Positions 13,501 to 26,965 of a stretch of DNA of 64,000 nt are shown piece after piece. The stretch is from assembly GCA_030704615.1 (NCBI GenBank), contig CM060734.1:25606001-25670000 (forward strand), read 5' to 3'. The notes beneath the pieces are model-generated. The model searched no databases. It was not told where the DNA came from and saw only the letters and a list, made by a program, of their open reading frames with translations. Position 1 is the stretch's first letter. Each line of letters begins with the position of its first letter. The DNA comes from Takakia lepidozioides. Taxonomy: Eukaryota > Plantae > Bryophyta. The position numbers and the translations under genes are program-made.

Positions 13501-13879
13501 CACTAACTTGCTGTTGTGTGGCCATGAGTGATGTAGGCATGGATGATCCATTATACGATGCTCTTCTCCATAGGTGCAAAGCCGGCACCCACCTTAGTGG
13601 CATATCCAAGCTGCTCATGAGGCAAGTCAACTATCACTTACCCAGCCACCGGGAAAGTGAAGGGAGATTGTTTAGAGTCACTGCTTGGAAGGTACCTCTG
13701 CTGTGGAAGTCCCTTCTAGGTCCATTGTCCCTGCTTTACTAGAGTTATACCATGCTTCTACTTATGCTGGCCATTTGGGAGTTGCTAAAACTGTCAAGCG
13801 ATTACAGGAGCAGTATCACTGGAAAGGCTTAGTTAAAGATGTCTCAGCTTTCATTGCAAGATGTGCCCTGTCATGCTAA
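10591..13879 (+). pseudogene. Pol of element A (aspartic protease, dUTPase-like, RT, RNase H, partial integrase)
   Basis: VIDIG..LLGLDWM (PR); SPWASPIVLV, LDLASGFWQV, MPFGLCNA, YIDD (RT); LQTDAS..ETDH (RH); YH..GHLG..W..C..C (IN Zn finger). Several stops and frameshifts. Confidence 0.92.
11260..11530 (+). other. Degenerate dUTPase-like domain within pol of element A
   Basis: LLLRSP..IIP..RIVPIGLAF..P..FLEI..VASGVLDRGFKGEVRLLIAN..ISVRRG*VLARL matches trimeric dUTPase spacing (GVIDxDYRGE..LxN..G.RIAQL). Confidence 0.75.
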
Positions 13880-14254
13880 AACCATCCTACCTAGAACCGA
13901 ATCTCCCTTGCCTTTACAGCCTTTTGATCTAACTTGTTTGAATGTTGAGAACCGTCAGGTGATCTTCACCCCCCACAGCTCGGACAGCTCGCACTCAAAA
14001 CATGGCATCATCTTCTTTAGAATAGTGTTTGAATTTTGTGCTAGTTATCTGCACCATTTGTAGCACTTGGGGTTTTTCCTATGGGATGTTTTGTCCTCCA
14101 CCCAGTTTACAGGGTGAGGTTTTCTTCCCTAGGTTTTTTCATCCCTTGTGTGCCGGGTGTGTAGCTTGTTTTGGCTAGGCTTCATTTTTGTTCTCCCTGA
14201 GCTCATCACTCGCAGGAGCTCGCAGTTTCTTGTGGCCCCAACAGGCTTCACATA

Positions 14255-14597
14255 TGTGGAGCTGGGATTCCTTCTCATCTTACTTTTCGACATGGATGAA
14301 TGGAGCAGGGATGCGCTCTGGATGATTTAAGGGATGGACGAAGCCAGGATGAAGTCTGGATGAACTTACACCTTGCGCATGAGGATGAGCTGGCAACAGC
14401 TAATGGCTTTATTAGGGGTTGTCTTATTCTAACAGCTAGTTTAGGATTAGATTAGGATGGGACTGGGTGATCTGGCTTCTTTCTATGGCTGTGCTGGAAG
14501 GGCATCTGGTGGACCTATATGTAAGTGCCACACGGCACTAGGATTAGATTATAACCTAATACTATTTAAACCTCACTGCCAGGTGGTGGCTTTTTGG
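14255..14597 (+). repeat. 3' LTR of element A, truncated
   Basis: Matches 7752-8098, then switches abruptly to LTR-B sequence. Confidence 0.9.
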
Positions 14598-15000
14598 AGC
14601 TCTAAGTAAAACCATGATATTCGAAGTATCTCTGTGTAGAGTGAATGTGAGATGGAGAGAATGTGCATTATGAGAGAACATGAGATGGTGAGAATGTGTA
14701 TCATCTCAGAATAGTTCTTGTTCTGTCTTGACTACCCTCTGTTTGTATGAACCAAGAGGCCTCAGTCCTTTTGACTAAAATCTTTTATATTAAAAGACTG
14801 TAGATTGGGCTTAATCAATAAGATTAAGCAGCCTACAGGGATATGGTTTCATATGACGTTCATGGTTTAGCTATCTTTAAAACGATTACTTCGTAATCGT
14901 TTTGAAAGCATACTGTCGGACAACCTCTGTTGCATGTCTTAGGAAATGGGCAGTAGTGTCGATATTCTGTTTTGTCTAAGTCATAAACCAGCGGTTAACA
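14598..15000 (+). repeat. 3' half of the 5' LTR of element B
   Basis: Aligns with 23575-23979; both end ...CCAGCGGTTAACA. Confidence 0.92.
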
Positions 15001-15001
15001 T

Positions 15002-15469
15002 TTGGCGACCATACTGGGGACTAACGATATGTTGAGTTCAAGAGTACTCAAAGAAGGATGGTTACTCAGTGATTTCTTGAAATCACGACAGAACGAGTCA
15101 ACAGAAGCAATGGAATGGAAAACCTTCCTGAAAAAATTTCATGGCTTACCAATAGCAATACAACATAAGATCTTTCTTTCAATTGCAAAAGAAGATGACA
15201 AATGGGGATTGAAGGGTGGAGTGATCAGTATTACACGAGCACCTTGGGAATGTAGAATCAGAAGTGAAGGATGGTTGTCTCGTTTACCTTTATTGATTAC
15301 TCTAATCCCAATCAGAAAAGTTTGCTACACTAGTTATATTTTCAGAGAAGGATGTTCGAATTATGAATATTGTCACACGACCATAGAAGCAGTAGAGTAC
15401 TGGATACCCAAAGACTTATTACAAGTCAGATACACTGAAAAAGATAGATGGTATTATTGTGGCCATTAA
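15002..15469 (+). CDS. Extra 5' ORF of element B, unknown function
   Basis: Homologous to the 27264-27850 ORF of element C (F..F..LP..WGL..GVI.I..WL..L..I..V..WIPKD). True start uncertain. Confidence 0.65.
   Translation: MATILGTNDMLSSRVLKEGWLLSDFLKSRQNESTEAMEWKTFLKKFHGLPIAIQHKIFLSIAKEDDKWGLKGGVISITRAPWECRIRSEGWLSRLPLLITLIPIRKVCYTSYIFREGCSNYEYCHTTIEAVEYWIPKDLLQVRYTEKDRWYYCGH
15003..15020 (+). promoter_or_regulatory. PBS of element B (TGGCGACCATACT; probably tRNA-Arg)
   Basis: TGG starts 2 nt after the LTR end. The same TTTGGCGACCATACT follows the LTR of element C. The tRNA identity is inference. Confidence 0.75.
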
Positions 15470-15853
15470 AAGTTTGGTGATCAATCAGTAAAAAGGAAAA
15501 TTAAGTCGTAATACGGATTCTGGCAAGATAGGATAAATCTTGAAGAAAGGGTTGAGACCACTATAATTTTTCTTTACTGACATACCAAGACTGTTTAAAG
15601 GGTGCCAAAAAGGAATTCTGCATATGATGTGGGAATGAATGAGGAAATTAAAGAAAAAACTAAACAAGATAGAACTGAATGAATAGAGTCAAGAAAGATC
15701 TGAAGGACCCTCTACAGTAACAAGCCCAAATCGAGGTTTTGCTGAAATATTAGAAGAAAGATTTGAGAACATTTTGAGTGAAGAAGGTGAAAGAAGTGAA
15801 AGCACTATCTAGAAAAGATAACCAGAACTGCACTCAAAGCTTTTAAAGATTCA

Positions 15854-18800
15854 TTGAGCTTAGTAGGGACAGCAGCTGGAAGACGGCTATCATTGGGACA
15901 AGGACCTCCTAGCTTTGAATCACTGTTTGGAAGACAAAAACCAACACCACCACAACCAGTAGCAACGGGACCATCCCAGTTTGGACAACCAGTTGCACCA
16001 GCTGCACCGATGGCTTTAGCAGCAAGCAAAACTAGACCACCGTTTCCTTTATATGATGGGAAATCTGATCCAGATATCCATCTGAATCAATTTGAAAACA
16101 TGTGCACCATTTACAATGAAGCAACAGACCAAGAGAAGATCTGACTATTTCCTTGTTCAATGGCTCGGAAAGGCATTGAATGGTTGGCAACTTTCCCAGC
16201 CAATCACTTTGCAAATTGGGCGGATATGAGAGCCGCGTTTCAAGAAAGATATAGATCCAACAAATCCACATATAAAATCTTCACAGGACTATAGAACCTG
16301 AGACAAAAAAGAAAGAATTAGTAGTTGACTACCTAGAGAGAATGAAGTCTCTGATCAGGAAGCTACCTCAAGCACCAGGGAATGATTTGCAAAAATCATG
16401 GTTCATCAATGGACTTCGTCGTGAATACGTAACCATGGTTACAGTCATGCCTAACAACACTTTGGCTGAAGCAGTAGGGACTGCAAAGAAGTTGGAATTG
16501 GGATTCCATCAGAGCAGAAGCAAAGATTCCAAGGATCCCTTGGAAGAAGAAGACTCTGATGATGAAGAAAACCCCAAGCAAAAGAAGAAAGAAGTGATTG
16601 ACAAAATCACTTTGGATCTAAAGATAGCAGAGGCTATCAAGAATTTTAAAGATGAAGGGCCACGAAAGGCAACATGGTGTCACAAATGCGGGACTGCAGG
16701 ACACCTGGCAACGGAATGCCACATGAAAAACAAATATTGTGATATTTGTCATATGAACAATCATAATACCAGCCATTGTATTTACAACCAATGGGCCAAG
16801 AAGAGTGGGTACACACTAGAAGTGGGGGTACACCAAGTCCAAATCCGACGGGGAGGATCCGACGGTCCAAGACGATACAATATGGGTAATCGTTATTAGA
16901 GGCCACGAGATGAATATCCACCAAGGGATAGGGAACATCAACCCAGAAACAAAGAAAGCACGAGGTGCCACTATTGCAAGAAAGAGGGACACTGAATGCC
17001 AGTTGCGAATCAAGCATGAGGCAGAAGTGGGAAATATGGAAACCGGACCAAGTGTAGCCGTAAGTGTGGTAACCCCTGTAGTGGATACCCTTGCGGTAAC
17101 CCGAATTCAGGCCAAGAAACAGAAACCTCTAGATAAGGAGATCGAGGAAGAACGGAAACGATATCCAGAAAGTGCAGCATGGCCGGAGGAAAAGAGCTTA
17201 CACCAGGAAGTAAGTAAAGCCATAGCTCAAATGCAAGAAGGAACCCATATACCTTCTGGAGAGCCAACTCCAGATAAGCAAATTAGACCAACGGTGAAGA
17301 CCATGAATACAACCACGGAAACAGAATTGGGCGAAGTAATCTGCCAGACCAAGACCCAAATTACCATTGGACAATTATTAAAAATTGCTCCACACTGCAA
17401 GAAAACTTTATTTCGGGCAATCGAGGCATTGACCCCCACACCAAAACAAAAACCAACACCAGAGGTTTACGCGATTAAACCCACAACTATACGACAAACT
17501 CCAGATTACGACAAAGCAATACCCGTAATAAAAGTACGTATTGGACGGAAGATGGTAACGAATGTACTCATCGATGGAGGATCCGGAGTGAATATCATGA
17601 CAGAAAAGATGAAGAAGTCACTAGGATTGGGGCACATGGAACCTGCTCCATTCACGGTACGAATGGCTGATCAACGAAAAGTGCAGCCATTGGGGATCAT
17701 CAGACGACTTGCAATGGAAGTAATAGGACTGGTATACGAAATATCAGTAACCATTCTCAGAATGGAGGATGTGGCAGAAGGATATTCGCCCAATCACACC
17801 ACGATTGAGGAAGTCAGACTCTCACAATCCAAAAAGGAGCAGAACAAGTCACCATCACTACGAAGCAACGAGGTACCATTCCACGAGAGAAATGACCTTG
17901 CATAGTGGAAGAATATGATTGGTCTAGTGGACTGTCGGATGAAGAAGAAGCCACAGTATACGCAGCACATCCGCAGTTGGAACCTATTGGACAACTGGTG
18001 GTCAAGCATACCACAACAGTAGGATGTCACATGGTGAACACCCAAGGAGAACCAAATACTTCGAGAACTGAAGATCCAGAGGAAGAAGCGATGGACACAC
18101 CTCAACACCCGGCCCGTTTCTATCAAGAAAGGGAAGAAGACATTCAAATCAGTGAAGTACCTGCCACAATTGCAACCATCGGACAAGAGATTGCAGGATG
18201 GACAGTAACGGAAAAAACTCAATTGATTCAAGTGAATCTGGGAACAGTGGGAGAACCACAGATAATACGAGTAAGTGCAGAACTTGAAGAATCATTTCTA
18301 CAAGAAGCTACTGCATTATTCACTGAATACAAGGATGTATTTGCTTGGAACTACAAAGATTTGAAGGGTATACCTTCTAATATCTGTCAGCACCGAATTG
18401 AATTGTAAGTTGACACAAAACCAATTTCGTCAGAACCGTTACAGAATGAACCCCAACTATGCAGCTAAAGTTTGGGAAGAAATCAAGAAGTTACTGGATG
18501 CAGGATTCATATACCCAGTAGAGACACCACAATGGTTATCACCCATTGTGATAGTACCCAAGAAAAATGAAAAACTGCGAGTGTGTGTGGACTACCGCAA
18601 GTTAAACGCAGGAACCAAGGAAGACCCCTTTCCACTACCTTTTACTGAAATAGTGTTGGACACAGTGGCTGGACATGAGATGTACTCATTCATGGATGGG
18701 TTTAGTGGGTACAACCAGGTGCAGATGGCAGAAGAAGACCGAGAAAAAACCACATTCATCACTGAATGGGGAGCCTATGCATTTGGACTTTGCAATGCAC

Positions 18801-21366
18801 CAGCCACATTTCAACGAGCAGTATCCGAAATATTCAAGAACTATCTCAACGAATTTATGCAGGTATTTTTGGATGATTTTAGTGTCTTCGGACAGAAATC
18901 CAAACATTTGGCATAGTTAAAACTTTGCCTACAAGCCTGCAGAAACAATGGAGTAAGTCTCAACCCGGAAAAATGTACATTTTGTGTGAATTCAGGATTA
19001 TTATTGGGACACATTGTGTGCCAACATGGAATTCTGGTAGATCCAAAGAAAGTGGAGGTTATCCAGAAAATACCACCACCAAAAAATCCCAAGAAACTCA
19101 AGAGATTTCTGGGACAAACGAGCTATTACATAAGGTACATGGACAAATATGCTCACAGAGCGGCATCAGTCTATAGACTGCTGAAGCAAGATGCCGAATA
19201 CCGATGGTCTCCAGATTGCCAGGGATCATTTGATTCACTAAAAAAGGGCACTCACAGCACACCAATTCTGATAAATCCAAGATGGGATTTAACCATTCAT
19301 GTACACAGTGATGCTCAGGCATTGCCTTGGAGCGGTTCTAGCTCAAATGTGACAGGCACAATAGATTCACCAATCTATTATGCAAGCAGATTGTTACTAG
19401 CAGCAGAAAAGAACTATAGCACCACAGAAAGAGAAGCATTGGCATTGATTTATGCTGTTCAAAAATTTCGGCATTATTTACTTGGCAATCGCTTTAAGTT
19501 TATTGTTGATCATCAGGCTCTAGTTCATTAGCAAATCGACCACTAGCTAGTGGCAGGGTTGCTCGATGGTTATTACTTCTTCATGAGTATGACTTTGAAG
19601 TTGTTCATAAACCGGGGAGATTACATGTTTACAGCACATCATCTGTCAAGGATTACGACAGGAGAAACAGCCACGGGGGGTAGAGGATCACTTCCCGACG
19701 CATTTCTGTTTGTTGTTCAACCAGAAGCACCAGATGAAGAGACAGATCCTATAAATGCTGGGAATGTTTCAAGGAGACTATGACCTTCCAGATGCTCTCA
19801 AACTCATGGACGACACTGATGAAGAAGAGGATCATCCGATGAAGATGAACCTCTTGACGAAAGGACTTATTATTATTGAAGAAGGGCAGATCCAGAAGAA
19901 GAAGATGACAAGGAAAACGAAGAAACAAACCAATAAGAATTGGGCCAATATCAGTATTGGAGCTTATACAGTCACCAACCAAGAATCAGAAGATATTCAG
20001 GATCAAGATCAAGATGATTGGCAATGGCCAATCAAATACTATCTGAACACAGGGAAATTTCCTGAAGATTACACCAAGATGACAGAGAGGAAGCTTTCAA
20101 TGAAAAGCAAGCCATACACAGTAATCAAGGAGGAATTATGTACAAAGAGGAATGACTCCATAATGAGAAAGATGTGTAAACAAAGACCAAGCCAAACAGT
20201 AATTAATGCAAGAACTACACAAAGGATTGCAGGAGGACACTTTAGTTCGGACCTGACAGCAAAGAAAATATTACTACAGGCTACTGGTGGCCTACTGTAT
20301 TTGGAGATACTAATGAACACTGTCAACAGTGTGATGTCTGCCAGAGGATGGGACCAGTAGAACGAACGGGGAAAGGGACTTTGCACCCAATACTACCAAC
20401 AGAACCATTTCAGCGTTGGGGGCTAGACTTCGTGGGACCCATTAAACCTCTAGCAAGGTACACACAAAACCAATAATCCTCACAGCCACTGACTACACTA
20501 CCAATGGGTAGAGGCCAAGGCACTAAGAGACAACTCTGCCAGATCGACAGCCAAATTCTTATATGAAAAAATCATCACACGATTTGGTTGCCCACTGGAA
20601 TTCGTCAGTGATCAAGGATCACATTTTAAAATGATGCCATAAAATGCTTGACAGAGGAGTTCATGATCGTACATCACAAGAGTAATGCTTACTATCCCCA
20701 AGAAACGGCCAGGCCGAATCTACCAAAAATATTATGCACTATCTTAACCAAGATAATAAATGCCAATCGTACAGATTGGGACACCAAATTGAACACAACA
20801 CTATGGGCATTCAGGACATCATACAAGGTGACCACAAAGCATACACCATTTCAACTGGTGTATGGAGCAGAGGCACTATTACCCATTGAATGTATGATAC
20901 CCACACCACGAACCGGAACTCATGAACGATGGGGTTTAGAAGAATCCTTACGAGTCAGGGAATATGAGTTATTCCATTTGGAAGAAGTTCGAAGCAATGC
21001 CGCAGATAACATGGCACGGATTCAGGAACAACGAAGGAAAAGAATATCTGAAGGGAAAGAGAAATCTTTCCAGGACGGGACATTGTTTTGTGGTTACCTA
21101 AAATCAAGAAGATCAAATTGGGTGGAAAATTGAAAATGCCATGGATGGGACCATTTCAAATCAAAAAAGTACATGACAATGGAACTGTTGATTTGCAGAC
21201 CTTGGAACAAGAATTCGTGGGACAAATTAATATTAACAAGTTAAAAGGCTACCAGGGAATACATGACAAAGCCCTTATACATGATTTATACGCCAACGAG
21301 GAAGATCAAACTGAAGATGAGGAGCACGAAACCACCAATGCCTACTACATCATCACGACATGGTGA
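15854..21366 (+). pseudogene. gag-pol of element B
   Basis: FPLYDGKSDPDIH (gag); CCHC knuckles CHKCGTAGHLATEC and CDICHMNNHNTSHC; VLIDGGSGVN (PR); FMDGFSGYNQ and FLDD (RT); YSTTEREAL (RH); GGHF, WGLDFVG and WMGPF (IN). Many frameshifts. Confidence 0.93.
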
Positions 21367-21749
21367 ATCAGCATGTACTAAGATAGGTGGCAACACGAAT
21401 TCAGGGCACCACGACGGCTGACCACCATTCATCTGGAGGACAACATTACCACCCGTATACCGTATGGTGAACCGTGGCCAACACAAATGCCCTACAGAAC
21501 CGTGAACGAATACGAAGCAGCCAACGAGTCACTGCTTGTGTTAAACTCCGAGATGTACGCTCAAGATCACCCCACCGACCAAAGTAATCATACACCACTA
21601 CCCTTCAATCATAACACGGAGGCAGAACGACGGCGCAATCCAACGGATTGCCAAAAGACGGCAGATGATAAGGGCAAAGCCATTAAAAACCAAGCTGCAA
21701 GTACTGCGCCACGCCCGCCCATCTAAAAACAGACCACGTACCAAAGTGG

Positions 21750-23083
21750 ATGAACACAGCTCAGAGGGATGAACATAAACTGACCGAAACTGGACAATCA
21801 TCAACGACCATCAGTTTTAACCAAAACAAATCACGAAGAAAAAACCAACGGAAGAAAATCAAGCACAAAAGGGATGAAGTTTTCTCAAAACCGTTACCAG
21901 AGGCTAAATGCTTCTTGGTAAGCCTGGGCCCAACAATTAAAGCTAACTACGCTTTAAACCTAGGCAACCATCAGGACAGAATTACCTCCACGAGAACCTC
22001 GAGAGAAGTTAGAGGAGAAACCTACAGAGAGGAACCCCTACTTAAACCCAGGAGCGAACTCCTCACCTTCTCTTCCGCAAACTGGAAATTGCTGTGTACA
22101 CAACTTCCAGTGTGCTTCATACTGCTCGTGATACAGGAATTGGTACTCCAATTCCTTACAGCAACCGCGAGACTAAGAGCAGTGGATGATTTCCAAATCA
22201 TGCCATGCAAGCAGGATGGGGAGTGGTTAAAGTATTCAGAGGAATACTTTAAAATGATGGTAGTACCGGCCCACCAAATCCCAGAAATACTGCAGAAGGT
22301 TTTCAAAACCTTAACCCCCTGCAGATCATTGGGTCAATTGCATCTGCTCAATCAAACTCTTATTCCTCTGAGATATAGGATGAGGCCACTGGCTAATGAG
22401 GAGACATGGTCAGGGGCAGAATTGGTTGAATTCTGGCGCCAGACTCTGGAATACAAGGAGCTGGTAGCTTACATGTGGGCAGTGGGACAATTGAAGATTA
22501 ACCCTACTCCGGCAGTAACCATTGTGATGGGATGTCCAAGTTTTTATATTGGCAGTTACTTGTACCAAATGTTCGTGACAATGAGGGGAAGCTGGCAACG
22601 CTATGAAAGTATTGAAAAAGATACTCACTGGGAATTACCCAAATTCCAGCCACCAGAATGAGTCACACGCACTTCAGCATATATGAATAGGCCACTGTAT
22701 GCTGAAGCATGGCGCCAGGCGAAGGACCACTTTTCACCATTGGTATTGAACAGAGGACACCCTTTCAGAAAACAGGGGTCCAAGCTGTTAACTGGTTAAT
22801 GGGCAGTAGGGCGACTAAACACATTATACCTTGGACCAAGGAGGAGCTGCAAACCTACCGAGAAACCTTGACCAACAAAATCGATATGGTACGTGGGGAT
22901 GGGATAGCAGAACACCCTCACGAAGAAAGCTGGCCTACTCACGAACCAGAGGAGCAACCAGACAGTGACGATAACAGGAACAAGAAGCTGCCACCACGAC
23001 AATCCTGGGACGCACTTCCTACCTTGCAGACAGGCATGCCACCACCTTACATCCCCAAGAGATACAGCAAGCACAAGAACTGA
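21750..23083 (+). pseudogene. Extra 3' ORF(s) between integrase and PPT of element B
   Basis: 303-aa and 124-aa same-strand ORFs. The latter ~270 aa look globular. No recognised motif. Confidence 0.5.
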
Positions 23084-23106
23084 CGAAATTGTGCGGACAC
23101 AATTTC

Positions 23107-23126
23107 AAAAGAGGGGGGGAAATAAA
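23107..23126 (+). promoter_or_regulatory. Polypurine tract of element B
   Basis: AAAAGAGGGGGGGAAATAAA immediately before the LTR start TGATAAC. Confidence 0.85.
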
Positions 23127-23979
23127 TGATAACGACTATGCTACGAGGGACAGACAACGAGGGTCACAACGGGACATACCGGGTAGTGATGGACGTACAC
23201 TACCTAAGCCACAGGCAGAGACAGCTAAGTACGCGGTACTTAGCCAATGGCGGGACAAGGGTACATTACCACGAGAGCAGTAGTGGGTAGTGTAGCAACC
23301 GTGAGCCGTGAACCACGATATCACACGGCCACGTTAGCATTGGCTTTAACCAATAGAGGGAGTAGTGGACCGTTTACTACTATGGCTCACGACCACTGCA
23401 ACGAGCCACTTTTTAGCAAACCTTTTAGGTTGCATAGGTAGTTAGGCAAACGGTCATTAACGACCGCAGGCTGTAACGGCTCTTTCGAACATAGTATAAA
23501 AAGACTGTATGCAACTTAGAGGGTGTGTAGTATGAGTATCAGGGATCAGTGTGTACTTATGGGATGATGTGACGAGCTCTGAAGTAAAGCCATGCTATTC
23601 AAAGTATCTCTATGTAGAGTGAATGTGAGATGGAGAGAATGTGCATTATGAGATAACGTGAGATGGTGAGAATGTGTATCATCTCAGAATAGTTCTTGTT
23701 TTGTCTTGACTACCCTCTGTTTGTATGAACCAAGAGGCCTCAGTCCTTTTGACTAAAATCTTTTATATTAAGAGACTGTAGATTGGGCTTAATCAGTAGG
23801 ATTAAGCAGCCTACAGGGATATGGTTTCTTATTACGTTCATGGTTTAGCTATCTTTAAAACGATTACTTCGTAATTGTTTCTGAAAGCATACCGTCGGAC
23901 AACCTCTGTTGCATGTCTTAGGAAATGGGCAGTAGTGTCAATAGTCTGTTTTGTCTAAGTCATAAACCAGCGGTTAACA
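23127..23979 (+). repeat. 3' LTR of element B (853 bp, TGATAAC...GTTAACA)
   Basis: Short terminal inverted repeat, PPT upstream, and a match to 14598-15000. Confidence 0.9.
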
Positions 23980-26965
23980 CCTACTTTCACCATTCTTGGT
24001 TCCTCCTCAGTTCCCACATTCACTTCTCTCACCTGCTCTTCAGCTGTGATTGTCCATCCAGCCACTACTTCATCCTGCAGACTCACAATGGCTGGAATTT
24101 CTATTTCTCCCTCTCTTTCTTCATAGAAATGTGGTGGGTAACTACTTGTTTCCCCCTCAATTGGTGTTGCTGTTATTGCACCACAGCAGATACCTTTAAA
24201 GCAACTCAGGCCTCCCAGTTGCATTTCTACAATCTGCTCCCACTCTGGGTGTGCAGCAAACAGGGTAGCTTCCTGCTCCTCATCAAGTCCTCTCCTTCAG
24301 TCATACTCTCTGACTCCACGAGGTCTTCTGGTAGTAGGTAGCCTACTAGATTTTTTAGTGGTGACCTGTATCTTGTGCTTTCCATCATGCACAGTCAGTA
24401 ACTGTGAATTCCAGTCATGGGATACCCTGGCTTGTCAGCCATGATCGACCCAACAATAAGGGGTAAGCTTCCATGACATCATCCATTTTCAACACAGTCA
24501 CTGTGATCTTAAATATTATCTTCAGAATCAATATCTTAACTCCTCTTATCAAGCCGAATGGCTGTACACTCCTTTGATCTACCATTGTTACTGTGAATGG
24601 AGCTGGTTTCATGTTACTTAGACCAAGCTTCTACCTTAATTGGTCTGTCATAATATTCACTCCTAAGCCTCCATCTATCAGTACATCAGTCAAGTCTGTG
24701 CTTCCAATTCTCAATTGGATTACTGGCATAGAATCATCAAAGTCCATGACTGTTTCTCGCCCTTGAGGCTTCACATTATAACTGGTCACCTTACTGTTCA
24801 GGTCTGTGTTCTCTGTCACAAGAGCAATCTGATTGATTGATTGATTGATGCAGCATGTGTCTACAATGGGGTGCCACAGCCAATAGCTGCCCAATTGTGA
24901 TCTCAGCTCTGGTCTGGCATATTACTTCAGCCAAAGTCCCTTCATTATCCTGCACTTGTGAAGCCTCTTGCTTCACTTCCTATTCACCTTCTTCATCTTC
25001 TCTTTCAGAGTCAGAAGAATCTGCCATAGGGATATCAGTATCCTTCTGCATTTCCCTTATGGTATCAGCCACTTCCTTGTGCAGCTCCTTCTCATCTCTC
25101 CAAGCCTCATCATCTTCAGGCACATCACTGCCATCTTCATTAACGTCTTCTTCCTCATCCACTGGAGGTATTAGTTTAGCTTTGCTTCTGGTAACTACCA
25201 TTGTACTTACTTCTGGTACAAAACATGACCTAACCATGTGAGCTGCCACCACTGGGGCCTTATTCATAGGAGCTCTCATCTCATTTTGGTGTCTGATCCA
25301 GAATGGACAGGCTACTTTGCGATGTCCTGCGTGGTTACAATAGTAACACAATTCTTCACCATTGGGTCCGCGCCCTTGGTCTATTCTGGGATTATTTCTA
25401 TAATCCTGATTCCCTGGCTGGTAATTTCCCCTTGGATTACCCTGATAGTTGCCTCTGGGATTGCCTTGGTAATTCCCTCTTGGATTACCTCTCCCTGCCA
25501 TACCATTGTTATATCCACTAGGCCTACCATAGTGGTCCTGATCATTGTTTCTTCTTGGCTAGGGCGGCTGCAGTTGATGCACCCTCACTTGCCTAGGTTC
25601 TCTTGCAGCTGTCCTTCTGTTATAATAACAATTCTCAGTAGAATGGTTATCCATTTTATAGATAGTACAGTGTTTCTCCTTCATGTGGCATTCAGCTGTG
25701 GTATGGCCTTCACTCTGGCATTTTGCACACCAAACACCTTCCTCCAATGTGTTGCAGCCTCTGTGGCATACTTTTTCAAGATTTCTTCCAGTCTTTTCTC
25801 ATAGTTGTCCCTCTTCAACTTTTCTTCTTCTTGCTCTTCTCTTGAGCTTCCTCTTGAGCTCTTGCTTCTTCCATCTGACTCATCTTCAGAGTCCTCATCA
25901 TCCCTTTTATCTCTCCTGAGCATTCCCAATTGCTCAATTCTGTTGGCTGTTTCGAATGCCTCTTTCACTATATAGCATATCCACTTTCTTTTGTAATTCA
26001 GGTCTTAGTCCACTCACAAACCAGGTTTTCTGTAATCCTGGTGCTGGTACAACAGCCAATTTTTTCATCATTAACTCCATCTTCTCCATGTATTCTTCAA
26101 CAGTTTCATGCTTCTTTTGCCTTAACTGTTGTAAACTCCCAAATACTTCATCCTCAGTTTTGCTTGTCCTGAACCTGTTTTGGAATGCTGTACTAAGGCC
26201 ATTCCAGGTTAGGAAATGATTATTAAGAAACCTTGCATACCATTCACTTGCTTTCTTGATAAGTGAACAAGGAAACAGTCTCATCTTGGCATCATCGCCA
26301 TTCTCATTGTTCACAATACACATGTGCTCAAATTGGCTGATGTGTACATCAAGATCCTTTTTTCCTGCATATATCGGAAAAGGTGATTTTGCCCGTGTTG
26401 GAGGTACCGCCATCTGTGGCCCTACACCCTGCCCACTGACAGGTGCTGGTCCTCCTGTTAGTGCTGGTCCTTGAGGACCTGCTATTGTAGTGGTGGAACT
26501 CCCACCAGGTGTTGGCCCCTGAGCACTCCCTGCTACTGGCCCCTCTTTACATACAGTATCCCCTGCTCCAGTTGCACTATTTCCCACACTCCTTGTCCCC
26601 CCAGAGCCAGATCCAAGCTACCCGCCTGATCCCCCTGAGCCGACACCTTTGTTGGCCTGTGATCCAAGTGCTCCACTTGATCCAGGTCCAACAGGTTGGG
26701 ATGTCCTGGTTGTAGTCTCAACCTCAACTGTCGGGTCTACTTCTTCATACTCTTCATCTTCCAAATTCTTCTCTCTGTTTTCATCTTCCAAGTTCTTCTC
26801 TTGGATTTCTTCTTCCTCACTCATATAACTCAACTGAAGTGGTGTTGGAGAGTCTGAACTCTCCGTTGGCTGCCACACTCTCCTCTCCTTCTTTGTCTTG
26901 TGTTCAGAAACTGGAGTTCCTGCTTTTGGTGTTCCATGCCAACTCTGATCAAAGATTTCTGTCAA
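23980..26965 (-). pseudogene. gag-protease of element C
   Basis: PFPIYAGKKD..ASEWY..WFVSGL (gag), knuckles CAKCQSEGHTTAEC and CYYCNHAGHRKVAC, (GNPRGNYQ)n repeat, VLIDGG and LLLGRSWL (PR). Confidence 0.88.

Larger units (their letters stand above)
7752..14597 (+). mobile_element. Ty3/gypsy LTR retrotransposon A (degenerate; integrase and 3' LTR truncated)
   Basis: Direct repeats start TGTGGAGCTGGGATTCC at 7752 and 14255. A PBS follows the first LTR, and domain order is gag-PR-(dUTPase-like)-RT-RH-IN. Confidence 0.93.
14598..23979 (+). mobile_element. Ty3/gypsy LTR retrotransposon B (non-chromovirus, Athila/Tat-like clade; degenerate)
   Basis: Partial 5' LTR 14598-15000 matches 23575-23979. 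PBS, gag-PR-RT-RH-IN, extra 5' and 3' ORFs, PPT and a full 3' LTR are present. Confidence 0.93.
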
